This document shows, one piece after another, positions 49,825 through 59,983 of a DNA stretch of 64,000 nucleotides. This stretch comes from Blastocatellia bacterium. GTDB lineage: Bacteria; Acidobacteriota; Blastocatellia; HR10; J050. Numbering within the stretch: the stretch's first letter is position 1; each line of letters opens with the position of its first letter. The stretch is taken from assembly GCA_025054955.1 (NCBI GenBank), contig JANWZE010000112.1:2310-66309 (forward strand). The letters are read 5' to 3'. The notes under the pieces were generated by a model. The model was not told the origin of the DNA, searched no databases, and saw only the letters and a list, made by a program, of their open reading frames with translations. Made by a program: the position numbers and the translations under genes.

Positions 49825-50943
49825 TTACGCGCTTTCCGCTTCCTGCATTGCCAGTGTGTGATCAATCTGGGTTTCAAGACCCCACGACGGAATATCGTCG
49901 TTGACGAGGAAGCGATCGAGCAATTCCGGTTTATCGAGTAAATATCCGGCGCCGCAGGCCACTGTTTCTAACGGGCGTTCTGCGCGCATCACTGGCAGGT
50001 TGATGTCATGCTGGAGCCGAGCCTCCAGACCGTGCAGGAGCGAGCCACCACCGGTCAACAGGATACCGGTCGTAAACAAGTCAGCAGAAACATCCGGCGG
50101 AACCTCGCTCATGACCAAGCGAACGCTTTCACTGATAGCCCGAATCAGACGGTCTAGTACGTTGAAAATCTCATCGCTGTCAACCTCAAGTTGATGTGGC
50201 GCGTTGTCAACCATGCTTTTGCCAACTATGGTCGTAGCGCGACGTTCCGCATCGGGCAATGCACATCCGAGTTGAATTTTGATGGATTCAGCCGTTTGCT
50301 CTCCGACGAGAACGCGGTAGGTTTGGCGAATGTATTCGGCGATGGCTCGATCCATAGCCAGCCCGGCGATGTCTACCGAGTGCGATGAGATGGCGCCGGA
50401 TGCCGACACGATGCTGATGTTCGTTGTTCCGCCGCCAATGTCCACAATCATTCGGGCGCGGGTGTCTTGGAAGAGCACGCCGGCGCCAATAGCTGCTGCG
50501 ACGCCTTCCTCGACCAATGAGACATGGGCGCCGCTGGCTTGCGTGACAGAGACCTGGATGCCACGCCGCTCCAGGTGAGTGGCGGAATTCGGCGTGCCGA
50601 CAATCATGTGGTAGAGCCGGCGCGGCAGCAACCAATGTTGGCCTGCCTTACGTAAAAATATGCGCAACATGCACTCGGTTAATTCGTAGTTGGCGACGAC
50701 GCCATGCTCAATCGGACGATGCACGATGATGTCGCGCGGTTCACGACCCATCAGGGTCAGCGCTTCGCGCCCGGCCGCCATAATATTACCGGTGAACCGG
50801 TTCAGCGCGATCAACGAAGGCTCATTCAGCACGATGCCGCGCCCCGGCGAGTAAATCAGCGTGTTGACCGTTCCCAAGTCAATGGCCAATCCTCTGTTGA
50901 ACAACCGCTTTATTTTCCTGTGGATCATACCTTCTACTCTCAC
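49825..50943 (-). CDS. mreB: MreB-like actin-family ATPase
   Basis: collinear with E. coli MreB (IDLGTVNTLIY..GIVLNEPS..., DIGGGTT, GGG motifs); no mreC/mreD adjacent. Confidence 0.75.
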   Translation of the reverse strand: MRVEGMIHRKIKRLFNRGLAIDLGTVNTLIYSPGRGIVLNEPSLIALNRFTGNIMAAGREALTLMGREPRDIIVHRPIEHGVVANYELTECMLRIFLRKAGQHWLLPRRLYHMIVGTPNSATHLERRGIQVSVTQASGAHVSLVEEGVAAAIGAGVLFQDTRARMIVDIGGGTTNISIVSASGAISSHSVDIAGLAMDRAIAEYIRQTYRVLVGEQTAESIKIQLGCALPDAERRATTIVGKSMVDNAPHQLEVDSDEIFNVLDRLIRAISESVRLVMSEVPPDVSADLFTTGILLTGGGSLLHGLEARLQHDINLPVMRAERPLETVACGAGYLLDKPELLDRFLVNDDIPSWGLETQIDHTLAMQEAESA

Positions 50944-51403
50944 CTCACTCCTGCATCTATTGCTCGGTGTCGAACGCTTGGATGCACAGATTCGTGTTTG
51001 CGTTTCACTGAGATACTGATGAGATCAAAAATGACGATCCGTGCAGCGCCGATACGCTTGCTTCTTGGCTCTCCGGCTAACCCCTGCGCGTTACACGCCT
51101 TCTCACGATCGCTTCACGCGCCAGGAGCTTGAGCCGATGGACCGATGGGGGCATACACCGGCGCTGAGTTTTAACTTTGAATTTCAACTTTTGTAACACG
51201 CGTGCCGTATAGTTGGAGCTTCTCGGTGGGAACTTAAGGTCCCCGATGCGCGTCCATCGAGGAGGAGTTGTTCATGTCATCAGTAGGGAGGCGTGATAAG
51301 AATGAATCACAGGCTGAATGCCTGCGCCACATTCTCACAGGAGTTGTCACTATGCAACAGCACGCCACGAACCATGAAAATGGTTATTTTTGAAGGAGTG
51401 ATT

Positions 51404-52207
51404 ATGATGTTTGAAAAGTCGTTGATTGTGACATTGCCTCAACGCAGCCGGCAGCCATTGAGAGGTTTCTTGGTTGGCACGTTTATCGGCTACAGTGCCT
51501 TGATTGCCGCGGTGTTGGTTGGCAGCATTTTATTAACACAGCCTCAATTGAATGAAACACTGATGGGGTCAGTTTTTATTTCATCACCGCCGCCGCCACC
51601 GCCGCCACCACCCGCAGATGGCGCAACTCGACCTGTATCCTCGGCTACAGCCGTGCGAACCATCGCATTTACCTATGTGGGTCCAACGCTCACGCCACGC
51701 CAATTGCCGTTGACCCATGATCTGCCCGGTGATGGTGAACGATCTACTGTGGGCCTCTCTAGTGGCGTTGAGGGTGGGGTGCCAGGCGGTGTTGCCGGCG
51801 GTGTGATCGGCGGTATCGTCGGGGGTGTGCTTGGCTCGATGCCTGCGGCCACCGCAACGCCTCCATCTTCGACCGTCAGGCCAGATGAAGCTCGTGCGAC
51901 ACCACCAATACCTTCTGCAACGCCCCAACGGGTGAGCACGGGTATTTTGTTAGGCAACACGGTCCGTCAAGTGGCGGCTGCATACCCGCCGATTGCTCGT
52001 AGCACCGGCATTGAAGGCGTCGTTGAAGTTCAGATCGTGGTTGACGAGCAGGGCAACGTGATTGCAGCGGAAGTGTTGAGTGGCCATCCGCTGCTGCGGC
52101 AAGCTGCGCTGGAAGCGGCTCGTCAATGGAAATTCCGGCCCACGATGTTGAACGATCAGCCAATCAAAGTATCGGGCATACTGAAATTCACATTCAAGCT
52201 GACGTGA
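51404..52207 (+). CDS. tonB: TonB family protein
   Basis: N-terminal TM, poly-Pro SSPPPPPPPPPA, C-terminal TonB domain (PPIARSTGIEGVVEVQIVVDEQGNVIAAEV...). Confidence 0.8.
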   Translation: MMFEKSLIVTLPQRSRQPLRGFLVGTFIGYSALIAAVLVGSILLTQPQLNETLMGSVFISSPPPPPPPPPADGATRPVSSATAVRTIAFTYVGPTLTPRQLPLTHDLPGDGERSTVGLSSGVEGGVPGGVAGGVIGGIVGGVLGSMPAATATPPSSTVRPDEARATPPIPSATPQRVSTGILLGNTVRQVAAAYPPIARSTGIEGVVEVQIVVDEQGNVIAAEVLSGHPLLRQAALEAARQWKFRPTMLNDQPIKVSGILKFTFKLT

Positions 52208-52362
52208 AGCTCGGCGTTGCACAGGAAGCACATGCATCAGCCGAGCGGAGCGTGATCTCACAACCAGATCGTTGATTACCGTGGCGCGGAGAGTGGTCGC
52301 CGAGAAAGTTGGCCAAGCGCCGCCGGCGGCTGGCCGACGGCGCGCCACTTGCATCGTGTGCC

Positions 52363-53448
52363 TCATTCAGCGGCGGCAATCGTCTCTTGCACATGAGCGG
52401 CGCGCGCAGCGCGCAGCCGATCATACTCAGCGGCCACGTCTTCGTCCATGCGGCTGAGCTCATCAAGATCAACCTCGGCAAATTCGAGCACGTCCATATC
52501 AACAAACGCCCTCTGGATGCGCGGGCCCCACACGCCAATATCCTTGAGTGTTGGCACAATGCGCGTGAACAATCGCCGTTGGTATTGTTTCATGAAGAAG
52601 GAATTTGCTACGTACTCTATACACTCTTGGACAGGCAGTCCGAGGTGCTCCCAGACTTCTTGGCCGAGGAACCGGTCGCGCATCAAGTAGCACGCTTCGA
52701 CGGCGAACTGTTCGCGCTCGTCGCGCTCCGCCTCGGTCAACTGTGGATAGTAGTCGCGCAATGCCAGTCGGCCAAACGCAACGTGTCGCGCCTCGTCTTG
52801 CATGACAAAAGAGGTCAGGGCTTGACCCAGTGGCTCGCTGGCCAGATCACGGATTGTTCCGAAGGCAGCCAGCGCCAGTCCTTCGATGATGACCTGCATG
52901 GCCAGATATGTCATGTCCCAGCGCGAATCGGTGATCGCCTGAGTGAGCAGAATCTTCAAATGCGGATTGATGGGGTAGGATAACTGAATTTTTTCACGCA
53001 GGTATCGAGAAAAAACTTCGACGTGCCGCGCTTCGTCAAAGACCTGCGTTGCCGCATAAAATTTCGAGTCTATATCCGGCACCGTTTGGACGATCTTGGC
53101 TGCGCAGATGAGCGCGCCTTGTTCTCCATGCAGGAATTGCGAGAATCGCCATGAATCCAGATGACGCCGCACCGTGGCTCGCTCCCGCTCGTTCAGTTTA
53201 TCCCATACGTCCGAGCCGAAGATCGGCACGTATTCATCAGGAAAGCCAAGCGGATTATCGAGGTTGACCTCAAGCGACCAATCTAATCGTTCGTTAGCGT
53301 TCCACTGTTTGGTTTTCCCTTTTTCGTAGAGGTTGAGCAGCTTTTCACGACCGGCGTCATAATCCCAATTGAATACGGTCTCAATGCCGACCGTCGGAAT
53401 GATCCATTCGGTTTGATCCACAGGTAACGTGTATGTTTGCGTCTTCAC
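52363..53448 (-). CDS. ferritin-like diiron-carboxylate oxygenase (AurF/CADD-like)
   Basis: two E...DEARH motifs (QVFDEARHVEVF; FVMQDEARHVAFG) plus EGLALAAF. Confidence 0.6.
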   Translation of the reverse strand: MKTQTYTLPVDQTEWIIPTVGIETVFNWDYDAGREKLLNLYEKGKTKQWNANERLDWSLEVNLDNPLGFPDEYVPIFGSDVWDKLNERERATVRRHLDSWRFSQFLHGEQGALICAAKIVQTVPDIDSKFYAATQVFDEARHVEVFSRYLREKIQLSYPINPHLKILLTQAITDSRWDMTYLAMQVIIEGLALAAFGTIRDLASEPLGQALTSFVMQDEARHVAFGRLALRDYYPQLTEAERDEREQFAVEACYLMRDRFLGQEVWEHLGLPVQECIEYVANSFFMKQYQRRLFTRIVPTLKDIGVWGPRIQRAFVDMDVLEFAEVDLDELSRMDEDVAAEYDRLRAARAAHVQETIAAAE

Positions 53449-53831
53449 AGTGTGCCTCCTTCTATATCAATTCTTCTCGCGCTCATCATACTCATTGCGT
53501 TCGTTTGAAGCAACTGTGTTCAAAATAGAGTCGGGACAGTTGCCTGAGATACGCTGCGCAACGTGGAGTGATTCTGGGGCCGGCAGCGCGCCCGTTCATT
53601 GTCATTCAATAACGAACACGCTTCCATCCTGAGCGAGTTGAGGTGCGCTGATTCTCCTCGGGTTGGTGTGCTGTATCGTTGAGCTAAGCGAACTGGATTG
53701 CCACTCTTGCCGTTGTCTAACGACTGGCCTATACTGCCTCTGCTCTGGGATGGTTGGAGTATGGACGAGCGTTACGACATTGCGGTCGCCTTTGAGTGGT
53801 TCACGCGCGGCGCGTTTCTGGGAGGGAACGC

Positions 53832-54422
53832 ATGAGTTTGAAGACCTTCGCCACGGAAGTAGTCTCTGACTTTTACACCACAGCAGCCATTGCTCCCAGC
53901 TCTCGTTATTTGACCGACGCCATGCTTAAACCATTGCCGCTGGCTCGTGCCCGGCTGGTCGTGGAGTTTGGTCCTGGCACCGGCGTCATGACGCAAGCAT
54001 TGCTCGATCTGTTGCCGCCGCGCGCCAAGTTGTTTGCTTTTGAGATCAATCCTCAGTTCTTTGAATATCTGCGTGAGACCATTGCCGACCCCCGCTTGGT
54101 TCTCTTCAACGCAAGCGCTGAGACACTCGCGCAGGAATTGCGTCGGCGAGGCCATCACCGCGTGGACGCTGTTGTCTCTTCATTGGGACTTGGCTTGATG
54201 TCGGAGCAGCAACGACATGCTATTTTGAGCGGGCTGATTCCGTTCATGGACAAGCGCAGCGTGCTCACACAATTTCAATACATTCACAGCATGCAGATGC
54301 ACAATGGCCGTCCCAGCCGTTTCAGCGCAGCGCGTTTCTTGCGCCATTACTTTCGTTCAGTTGAACGCAAAATGGTCTGGCGCAACCTGCCGCCGGCATT
54401 TGTTCTAATCTGTCGCCGGTGA
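53832..54422 (+). CDS. class I SAM-dependent methyltransferase (small, PmtA/KsgA-like fold)
   Basis: motif I VVEFGPGTGVMT; RBS gggaggg before ATG 53832. Confidence 0.6.
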   Translation: MSLKTFATEVVSDFYTTAAIAPSSRYLTDAMLKPLPLARARLVVEFGPGTGVMTQALLDLLPPRAKLFAFEINPQFFEYLRETIADPRLVLFNASAETLAQELRRRGHHRVDAVVSSLGLGLMSEQQRHAILSGLIPFMDKRSVLTQFQYIHSMQMHNGRPSRFSAARFLRHYFRSVERKMVWRNLPPAFVLICRR

Positions 54423-54607
54423 GTTTGAAATTTGCCGCCCATGGCAGCCAACAACCTGACCGCAGAAGCCAGTTCCGTCGGTTCGATCATAGCAATTTTC
54501 AATTGTCTTTAGCCTGGAGGCCCCGCATCTTGCGGGATGATTCACGGTGGAAGCATGTGCTCTCAGGGTAGACTCATTCACAAACCGCTCTATTGGCATA
54601 CCGTGAG

Positions 54608-56737
54608 CTAATAAAATGTGTGCCCGGCGCGAGCCATATCAATCAGCAGTGGCGCGGGGGCGAGACGTCCGCCAAGGCGCGAAGCCAGCGAGTCCAAGCG
54701 TGCAACAATCGTGCCGACGCCTTCAGCATCAATATAACGGAACGGGCCGCCGCGGAATGGCGGAAAGCCTAGTCCCATGATAGCGCCCAGATCACCATCG
54801 CGCGGACTGCGCAAGATGCCCTCCTGTAAGCAAAGGGCTGCTTCGTTGATCATCGCCAGGCTCAACCGCTGTTGAATATCGGCGAGCGGAAGAGCTTTTC
54901 GTTGGCGGCCGTGCGGCAACAGGTCGTAAACAGTTTGGTCAACTCGCTTGCTTTTGCCGTCGTAGGTGTAGAACCCGCGTTTGTTTTTGCGTCCGTAGCG
55001 TCCGTCGGCGACGATGCGTTGCATGGTGTCGGGCGGTTGCAGCCGGTCGCCGAAAGCCCGGTGCATGATCGGCGCGACGTGCGCGGCCACATCAATGCCG
55101 ACTTCATCGAGTAACGTGATCGGCCCAACGGGAAATCCCCATTGCACCATGGCGCGATCAATATCTTCAATCGCCGCGCCTTCGGCCAGCAGATGGGCGG
55201 CTTCATTCATGTATGGAGCCAGTATCCGCGACGTGTAAAAACCAACGCCATCGCGCACGACGATCACCGTTTTACCGATTCGCTTGCCGAAAGCCACGCA
55301 GGTCGCCGTTACCGAATCGTCGGTCTGATTGGTCACGATGATTTCCAGCAACGGCATCTTGGGCACGGGTGAGAAGAAGTGCATGCCGATGACGTTCTCC
55401 GGGCGCGTCGCAGCCCGCGCAATCTCTGTGATGGGAATCGAAGACGTATTCGACGCGAAGATGCAGTCCTCGCGGGCTACTGCTTCAAACTCGCGCAGCA
55501 CTTGATGTTTGATGGTCAGGTCTTCGAATACCGCTTCGATCACCAGGTCTACAGTGCGAAAGCCAGTATAGTCGGTTGTGCCGGAGATCAGATTCAGTCG
55601 CTGCTCGGCGGCGCGCGCGTCGAGTATTTTCTTCTGGCGCTTTTCGGAGAAGTAGTCGTAGCATGCTTTCAAGCCGCGTCCCAAGCTGGCGTGATCTTTA
55701 TCTTTCATGCGCACGGGGATGCCTTTCTCAGCGGCCACCATGGCGATGCCGGAGCCCATGAAGCCGCTGCCGAGCACGCCCAGTTTGTTGACTTCACGCG
55801 GTCGGATGTTGGCATGGCTGACGCCTGTATCTTTCTTGGCCGCCGTGATGGCGAAGAAAAGATTCATGAGCTGTCGCGCGACGGGCGAAACGGCCAGTTG
55901 GCCAAACAGGCTGGACTCAATTTCCAGTCCTTTTTCCAGTGTGGTGGCGATGCCGCGTTTGACGGCCTCCAGCGCTTTGAGCGGAGCTGGGTAGTGTCCG
56001 TGCGTTGTCTTCAGCACCAACGCGCGCGCTCGGTTGAACAGGAGAGAGCGTCCAAGAGGATTTTTTTCGAGCAACAGATTGATCACCGGATGGCCGCCGA
56101 CCTTGCGTTTGGGTCGCCAGCCTGACGCCAGTTGCAAGGCGCGTTGACGCGCGGCAATGAGGAGCGTTTCTTTCGGCACGACTTCGTCCACGAGGCCGAT
56201 GCGTCGAGCTTTCTGTGGGTAGACGTTTTTGCCGGTGAGGATGATGTCGAGCGCGGCCTGAATGCCTATGAGTCGCGGCAATCGCTGTGTGCCGCCGGCG
56301 CCGGGCAGCAAGCCCAACTTCACTTCGGGCAGGCCCAGCACTGTCGCGGGATCATCGGTGGCGATGCGATAGTGGCAGCCCAGCGCCAGCTCCAATCCGC
56401 CGCCCAGGCATGAGCCGTGAATGGCCGCCACGATGGGCACGCGGGCGTTTTCAAATCGGCTGACGAACTCTTGACCGCGACGACTCATGGCCGCGGCTTG
56501 GCCTGCCGTCTGGAAAGTCAGAAAATCGTTAATGTCGGCGCCGGCGATGAAATTATCCGGCTTGTTGCTGATGAGCACGACGGCTTTGAGGGCCGGCTCC
56601 TGCTCGATGCGTGTTAACAGGGCTTGGACCTCGTCAACCAGCGAGAGCGAGAGCGTGTTGACCTTCTCGTCAGGCTTATCAATGCGCACAATGCCGACGC
56701 CATGCTCATCAATCTCGAATGAAAACGTTTGTGTCAT
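54608..56737 (-). CDS. fadJ: fatty-acid oxidation complex alpha subunit (enoyl-CoA hydratase / 3-hydroxyacyl-CoA dehydrogenase)
   Basis: 709 aa; N-terminal crotonase fold, C-terminal 3HCDH with GVLGSGFMGSGIA NAD motif. Confidence 0.85.
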   Translation of the reverse strand: MTQTFSFEIDEHGVGIVRIDKPDEKVNTLSLSLVDEVQALLTRIEQEPALKAVVLISNKPDNFIAGADINDFLTFQTAGQAAAMSRRGQEFVSRFENARVPIVAAIHGSCLGGGLELALGCHYRIATDDPATVLGLPEVKLGLLPGAGGTQRLPRLIGIQAALDIILTGKNVYPQKARRIGLVDEVVPKETLLIAARQRALQLASGWRPKRKVGGHPVINLLLEKNPLGRSLLFNRARALVLKTTHGHYPAPLKALEAVKRGIATTLEKGLEIESSLFGQLAVSPVARQLMNLFFAITAAKKDTGVSHANIRPREVNKLGVLGSGFMGSGIAMVAAEKGIPVRMKDKDHASLGRGLKACYDYFSEKRQKKILDARAAEQRLNLISGTTDYTGFRTVDLVIEAVFEDLTIKHQVLREFEAVAREDCIFASNTSSIPITEIARAATRPENVIGMHFFSPVPKMPLLEIIVTNQTDDSVTATCVAFGKRIGKTVIVVRDGVGFYTSRILAPYMNEAAHLLAEGAAIEDIDRAMVQWGFPVGPITLLDEVGIDVAAHVAPIMHRAFGDRLQPPDTMQRIVADGRYGRKNKRGFYTYDGKSKRVDQTVYDLLPHGRQRKALPLADIQQRLSLAMINEAALCLQEGILRSPRDGDLGAIMGLGFPPFRGGPFRYIDAEGVGTIVARLDSLASRLGGRLAPAPLLIDMARAGHTFY

Positions 56738-56795
56738 TGTCGGTCCTCATCGTTATTCATGACCACAACAAAACATCATTGCACGGGGCGGTGAG

Positions 56796-57302
56796 TCAGC
56801 CAAGCATTCTCAGTTGCCGAGGCGTGAGCAGCCACTGAAGGGTGGCGCACCGGCCATGCCTCAAGCTGTTCACCGTCAGCTTGCATAGGCCGCCCTTCTT
56901 CATGGTGAGCTGCAGCCGCTCATCGCCGACCAGCAAGGTGGAGATGAAACTGCTCAGGTACGGCTCATGGCCGACAAGCAAAATACTATCGGCTGATTTG
57001 CCGTGACGGCTCAGTTCCGCGACCAGCTCAGCCGGATCACCGGCCGGTGTCAGCGCCGTTGTGGTGATCAGTTTATCTTGCGCGTCGAACACTGTGGCGA
57101 CGATCTCCGCCGTATGTCTGGCTCGCTGATATGGGCTTGTCAGAATCAGATCAAACGACAGTCCGAGGGCTTTCATGCCGTGAGCTGCCTGGACCATTTT
57201 CTTTTCGCCCTCAGGCGTCAGCGGCCGGTCGCTATCCCGATAGCCGGGCGTGCCGCGTTCAACGGCAATCGCGTGTCGGAGAATATACAGCTCCATACTC
57301 AC
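56796..57302 (-). CDS. SixA-type histidine phosphatase
   Basis: LYILRHAIA (RHG-type catalytic motif), second catalytic motif VGHEP; 168 aa. Confidence 0.75.
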   Translation of the reverse strand: MSMELYILRHAIAVERGTPGYRDSDRPLTPEGEKKMVQAAHGMKALGLSFDLILTSPYQRARHTAEIVATVFDAQDKLITTTALTPAGDPAELVAELSRHGKSADSILLVGHEPYLSSFISTLLVGDERLQLTMKKGGLCKLTVNSLRHGRCATLQWLLTPRQLRMLG

Positions 57303-58213
57303 ACCGTTGCCTTCTTGGACCGTGATTCAGTTGAGATACGCAGATACTGGTGATTCCAAAACTGGAACAGCTCGTCGGCTGATTGCACATAGGTTTCAAT
57401 CAACTGCGCGCGTCGCTGGGCCAGCCATTGCTCCACGGCCGGCAACGTCAGTTTTTCTTTTCGCAGAAACGCTGTCAGGTTGGCGGTCAGCACTTCGATA
57501 TCCTGAACATCTCCCATCATCGTTTGATAGTCGTGCATGTGTTTGAGCCGATCCTGTGTCACATCCACCAGCAAGGGTTGGAGCACTTCGACCATGTAGC
57601 GAAATCGTTTGAAGGCCACGCGCGTGCGATGAATGGTGGCCGAATCGGCTGGGTCAACAGCCCGTCGTCGCTCGACGACCTTGGCGAACGCGCGTTCGAC
57701 AGCGTTGATAATGGCCACAAACGGATCGTCTGATGGAGCCGGATGGCGCGCCATCTGGCGCAACTGTTTTTGCAGCGTTTTGACCGATTTTTCCAGCCGC
57801 GCGAGGCCCAGCTTTTTGACTTGCTTGCCAAGTCGTTTGATCAATTGCCGCTCGCGTCGCGCCAATTCGTCATGGAATCGCTCAAGTTCAGGGAAGTCAG
57901 CTTGCAGGGATTGGATCGAGAGCAACTGCACCTGCGTATCTCGGAGTGAATCGAACATATCGAGCCGTCGCTTCAGCGCGCGGCGCGTTCGTTTGAGCCG
58001 AGCGTCGGCAATGAGATGACTCACCAGATCAAGCAGCGACATCAATCGGCGCGTGGCCACACGCAAGTCGTGAACGGCCTCTTCGGAGAACTTCTTCTGG
58101 CATCGGCGCACCTGCCGCTCATATTTGCGCCAACGTGTCGAGAGCGCGTTGACCAGCAGGTCAACGAGCTCAGCAGCACGTTGATGGGTTGGCTCCAGAA
58201 GTTGCATCGTCAA
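57299..58213 (-). CDS. CHAD-domain protein
   Basis: VHDLRVATRRLMS and IHRTRVAFKRFRYMVE conserved His/Arg CHAD motifs; 4-bp overlap with sixA. Confidence 0.75.
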   Translation of the reverse strand: MTMQLLEPTHQRAAELVDLLVNALSTRWRKYERQVRRCQKKFSEEAVHDLRVATRRLMSLLDLVSHLIADARLKRTRRALKRRLDMFDSLRDTQVQLLSIQSLQADFPELERFHDELARRERQLIKRLGKQVKKLGLARLEKSVKTLQKQLRQMARHPAPSDDPFVAIINAVERAFAKVVERRRAVDPADSATIHRTRVAFKRFRYMVEVLQPLLVDVTQDRLKHMHDYQTMMGDVQDIEVLTANLTAFLRKEKLTLPAVEQWLAQRRAQLIETYVQSADELFQFWNHQYLRISTESRSKKATV

Positions 58214-58225
58214 ACCTCTAGCCCG

Positions 58226-58567
58226 TCATTTGAGCACCAGTTTTTGCATTGCCTCAATGGCGCGTTCGATTTTGCGCAGGTCCTTACGGCGGCCTTTTTC
58301 TGGTCGTACCGAGAGCTGGTCTAAGATGGCCGTGAGTTCTTGCAGCGTCGCTCGACTGAGCGTTGATCGCCCGCTGGCGCCGGCGACGAGGTCAATGATT
58401 TCCAAAAGATCATGTTCGACATTGGTCAAATATGTCTGCACCGTCTCTTGGGTCATCGAGCGCAAGTGGTGGAGTCGAGCCAAGCACTCTTTTTGCTGAT
58501 CGGTCAACTTTTCGGGCGGCCTCTTGGCGACAGCCGTTTGCGTGCCTGATGGGTTTTTTGATTTCAT
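58226..58567 (-). CDS. small helical hypothetical protein in polyP cluster
   Basis: 113 aa, no motifs; tightly packed between CHAD and Tmk-like genes. Confidence 0.35.
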   Translation of the reverse strand: MKSKNPSGTQTAVAKRPPEKLTDQQKECLARLHHLRSMTQETVQTYLTNVEHDLLEIIDLVAGASGRSTLSRATLQELTAILDQLSVRPEKGRRKDLRKIERAIEAMQKLVLK

Positions 58568-59301
58568 GAGCCGGCTCCTTGACTGGCTTCAACCAGGTGC
58601 GGATTCAGCATGATTTCAATCTTCGCTTGCAGTTCGTTGGCGACGGCACGGATGGAGCGATTCCCGTTGATGGTGTCGAAGTGGTAGATGGTGCGCATGG
58701 CGCGGAGTTCACGCTGAATTTGACGTTGATACCGGATGAAGCATTCGTACATGTCGCCTGAACGCCGGATGTCCATGCCCGACTCCCAATAATCCAGTGT
58801 GGCGTTTTTGCGAAAGTTTCGCTCAGCCAGAATTTTGGGCGAGACCTCCAAGTAGAAGACGGCGTCGGGCACGAGCGCAATGCTGTAGACATCGCGAATC
58901 CATTCAGGATGAGCGCCACGCACAATGGCGCGCGCCATCAGCGTGTAGATGTAGCGGTCGGCCAACACGACAAATCCCGAACGCAACGCCGGGATGATGG
59001 TGTGTTCCAATTGATCGGCGAAGTCGGTGGCGTAAAACAGGCACAGCGTCAGCGGCGATAGGATATTGCCTTGCATCGCTTCTTCCAGTTCCGCTTCCAC
59101 CAGCCGCGAGCGTTTCAATCCAACTTCCGATGTGGCGTAGCCGAGTCGTTCCAGCCAGTCGCGCAGCAGGGCAATTTGCGTCGAGCGGCCCGAACCGTCT
59201 GCGCCTTCGATCACAATCAACGTGCCTTTCAACTGCTCGACGTTCACGCCGGGGATGCCGGTGCCATAGAAACGTTTCGGCGTCATCGCGGTATCCTCCA
59301 T
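58564..59301 (-). CDS. thymidylate-kinase-like P-loop kinase, paralog 1 (Walker A Lys replaced by Arg)
   Basis: IVIEGADGSGRST (Tmk-type P-loop but GR instead of GK), DRY motif LADRYIYT. Confidence 0.6.
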   Translation of the reverse strand: MEDTAMTPKRFYGTGIPGVNVEQLKGTLIVIEGADGSGRSTQIALLRDWLERLGYATSEVGLKRSRLVEAELEEAMQGNILSPLTLCLFYATDFADQLEHTIIPALRSGFVVLADRYIYTLMARAIVRGAHPEWIRDVYSIALVPDAVFYLEVSPKILAERNFRKNATLDYWESGMDIRRSGDMYECFIRYQRQIQRELRAMRTIYHFDTINGNRSIRAVANELQAKIEIMLNPHLVEASQGAGS

Positions 59302-59972
59302 TTATAGCGAGGCAGGTCAATGCGCTGTTGCACGATCTGTCGCACGTCGCGGTGTTCCAGCTCAGGCGCGCGATTGGCGTCAATGATCACAAAGTTGAAC
59401 TCCTCGGCCATGTGCCAGTACTCTTGATAGATTTTTTCCTGAAATAGCTTGAAGCTTTCATACGGGTCAGGGGACAGATTCATATCCATGCCGGCCTCAT
59501 AGTATTTCAACTGAGGACGTCCTTCCAGAATGCGGCTCAGCGCGACATCCATCGGCACATGAAAGAAGAACGTCAGGTCGGGATGGCGGGCAAAACTATA
59601 GAGCTTGCGCAGCCATTGGCGGTCGCAGCCACGCGCCGCATCGCGCGCAAACGCCGTGTAGATGTAGCGATCGGCCAGCACAATGTAGCCGGCGTGCAAT
59701 AACGGTAGAATCTGTCGCTCATATCGGTCGGCAAAGTCGGTGCAATGAATCAGCGAGAACGTGGTCGGCGTGAGCAAATGCCGTTTCTTCCCTTTGGTGG
59801 TCGCTTTTTTCACCAACGTGGACGAATTCCATTCGGTGAAAAAAACCTTGTAGCCCTCCAATTCCAGCCAGCGTTTGAGCAGATAGATTTGCGTGGACTT
59901 GCCCGAGCCATCAATCCCTTCGACAGCGATCAGTTTTCCTGGCATGTCACTACGTGACGAGCTGAGACGCAT
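59283..59972 (-). CDS. thymidylate-kinase-like P-loop kinase, paralog 2 (canonical P-loop)
   Basis: IAVEGIDGSGKST, LADRYIYT; 19-bp overlap with paralog 1. Confidence 0.65.
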   Translation of the reverse strand: MRLSSSRSDMPGKLIAVEGIDGSGKSTQIYLLKRWLELEGYKVFFTEWNSSTLVKKATTKGKKRHLLTPTTFSLIHCTDFADRYERQILPLLHAGYIVLADRYIYTAFARDAARGCDRQWLRKLYSFARHPDLTFFFHVPMDVALSRILEGRPQLKYYEAGMDMNLSPDPYESFKLFQEKIYQEYWHMAEEFNFVIIDANRAPELEHRDVRQIVQQRIDLPRYKWRIPR

Positions 59973-59983
59973 AAGCCGCTCCT

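Noticed and set aside
58564-59972. Tmk-like pair as PPK2-family polyphosphate kinases
   Set aside because: Walker A (EGxDGSG[K/R]ST) and DRY motif match thymidylate kinase rather than the PPK2 signature (FEGxDAAGKGG / FDRSWY); kept as Tmk-like with polyP context flagged as hypothesis only.
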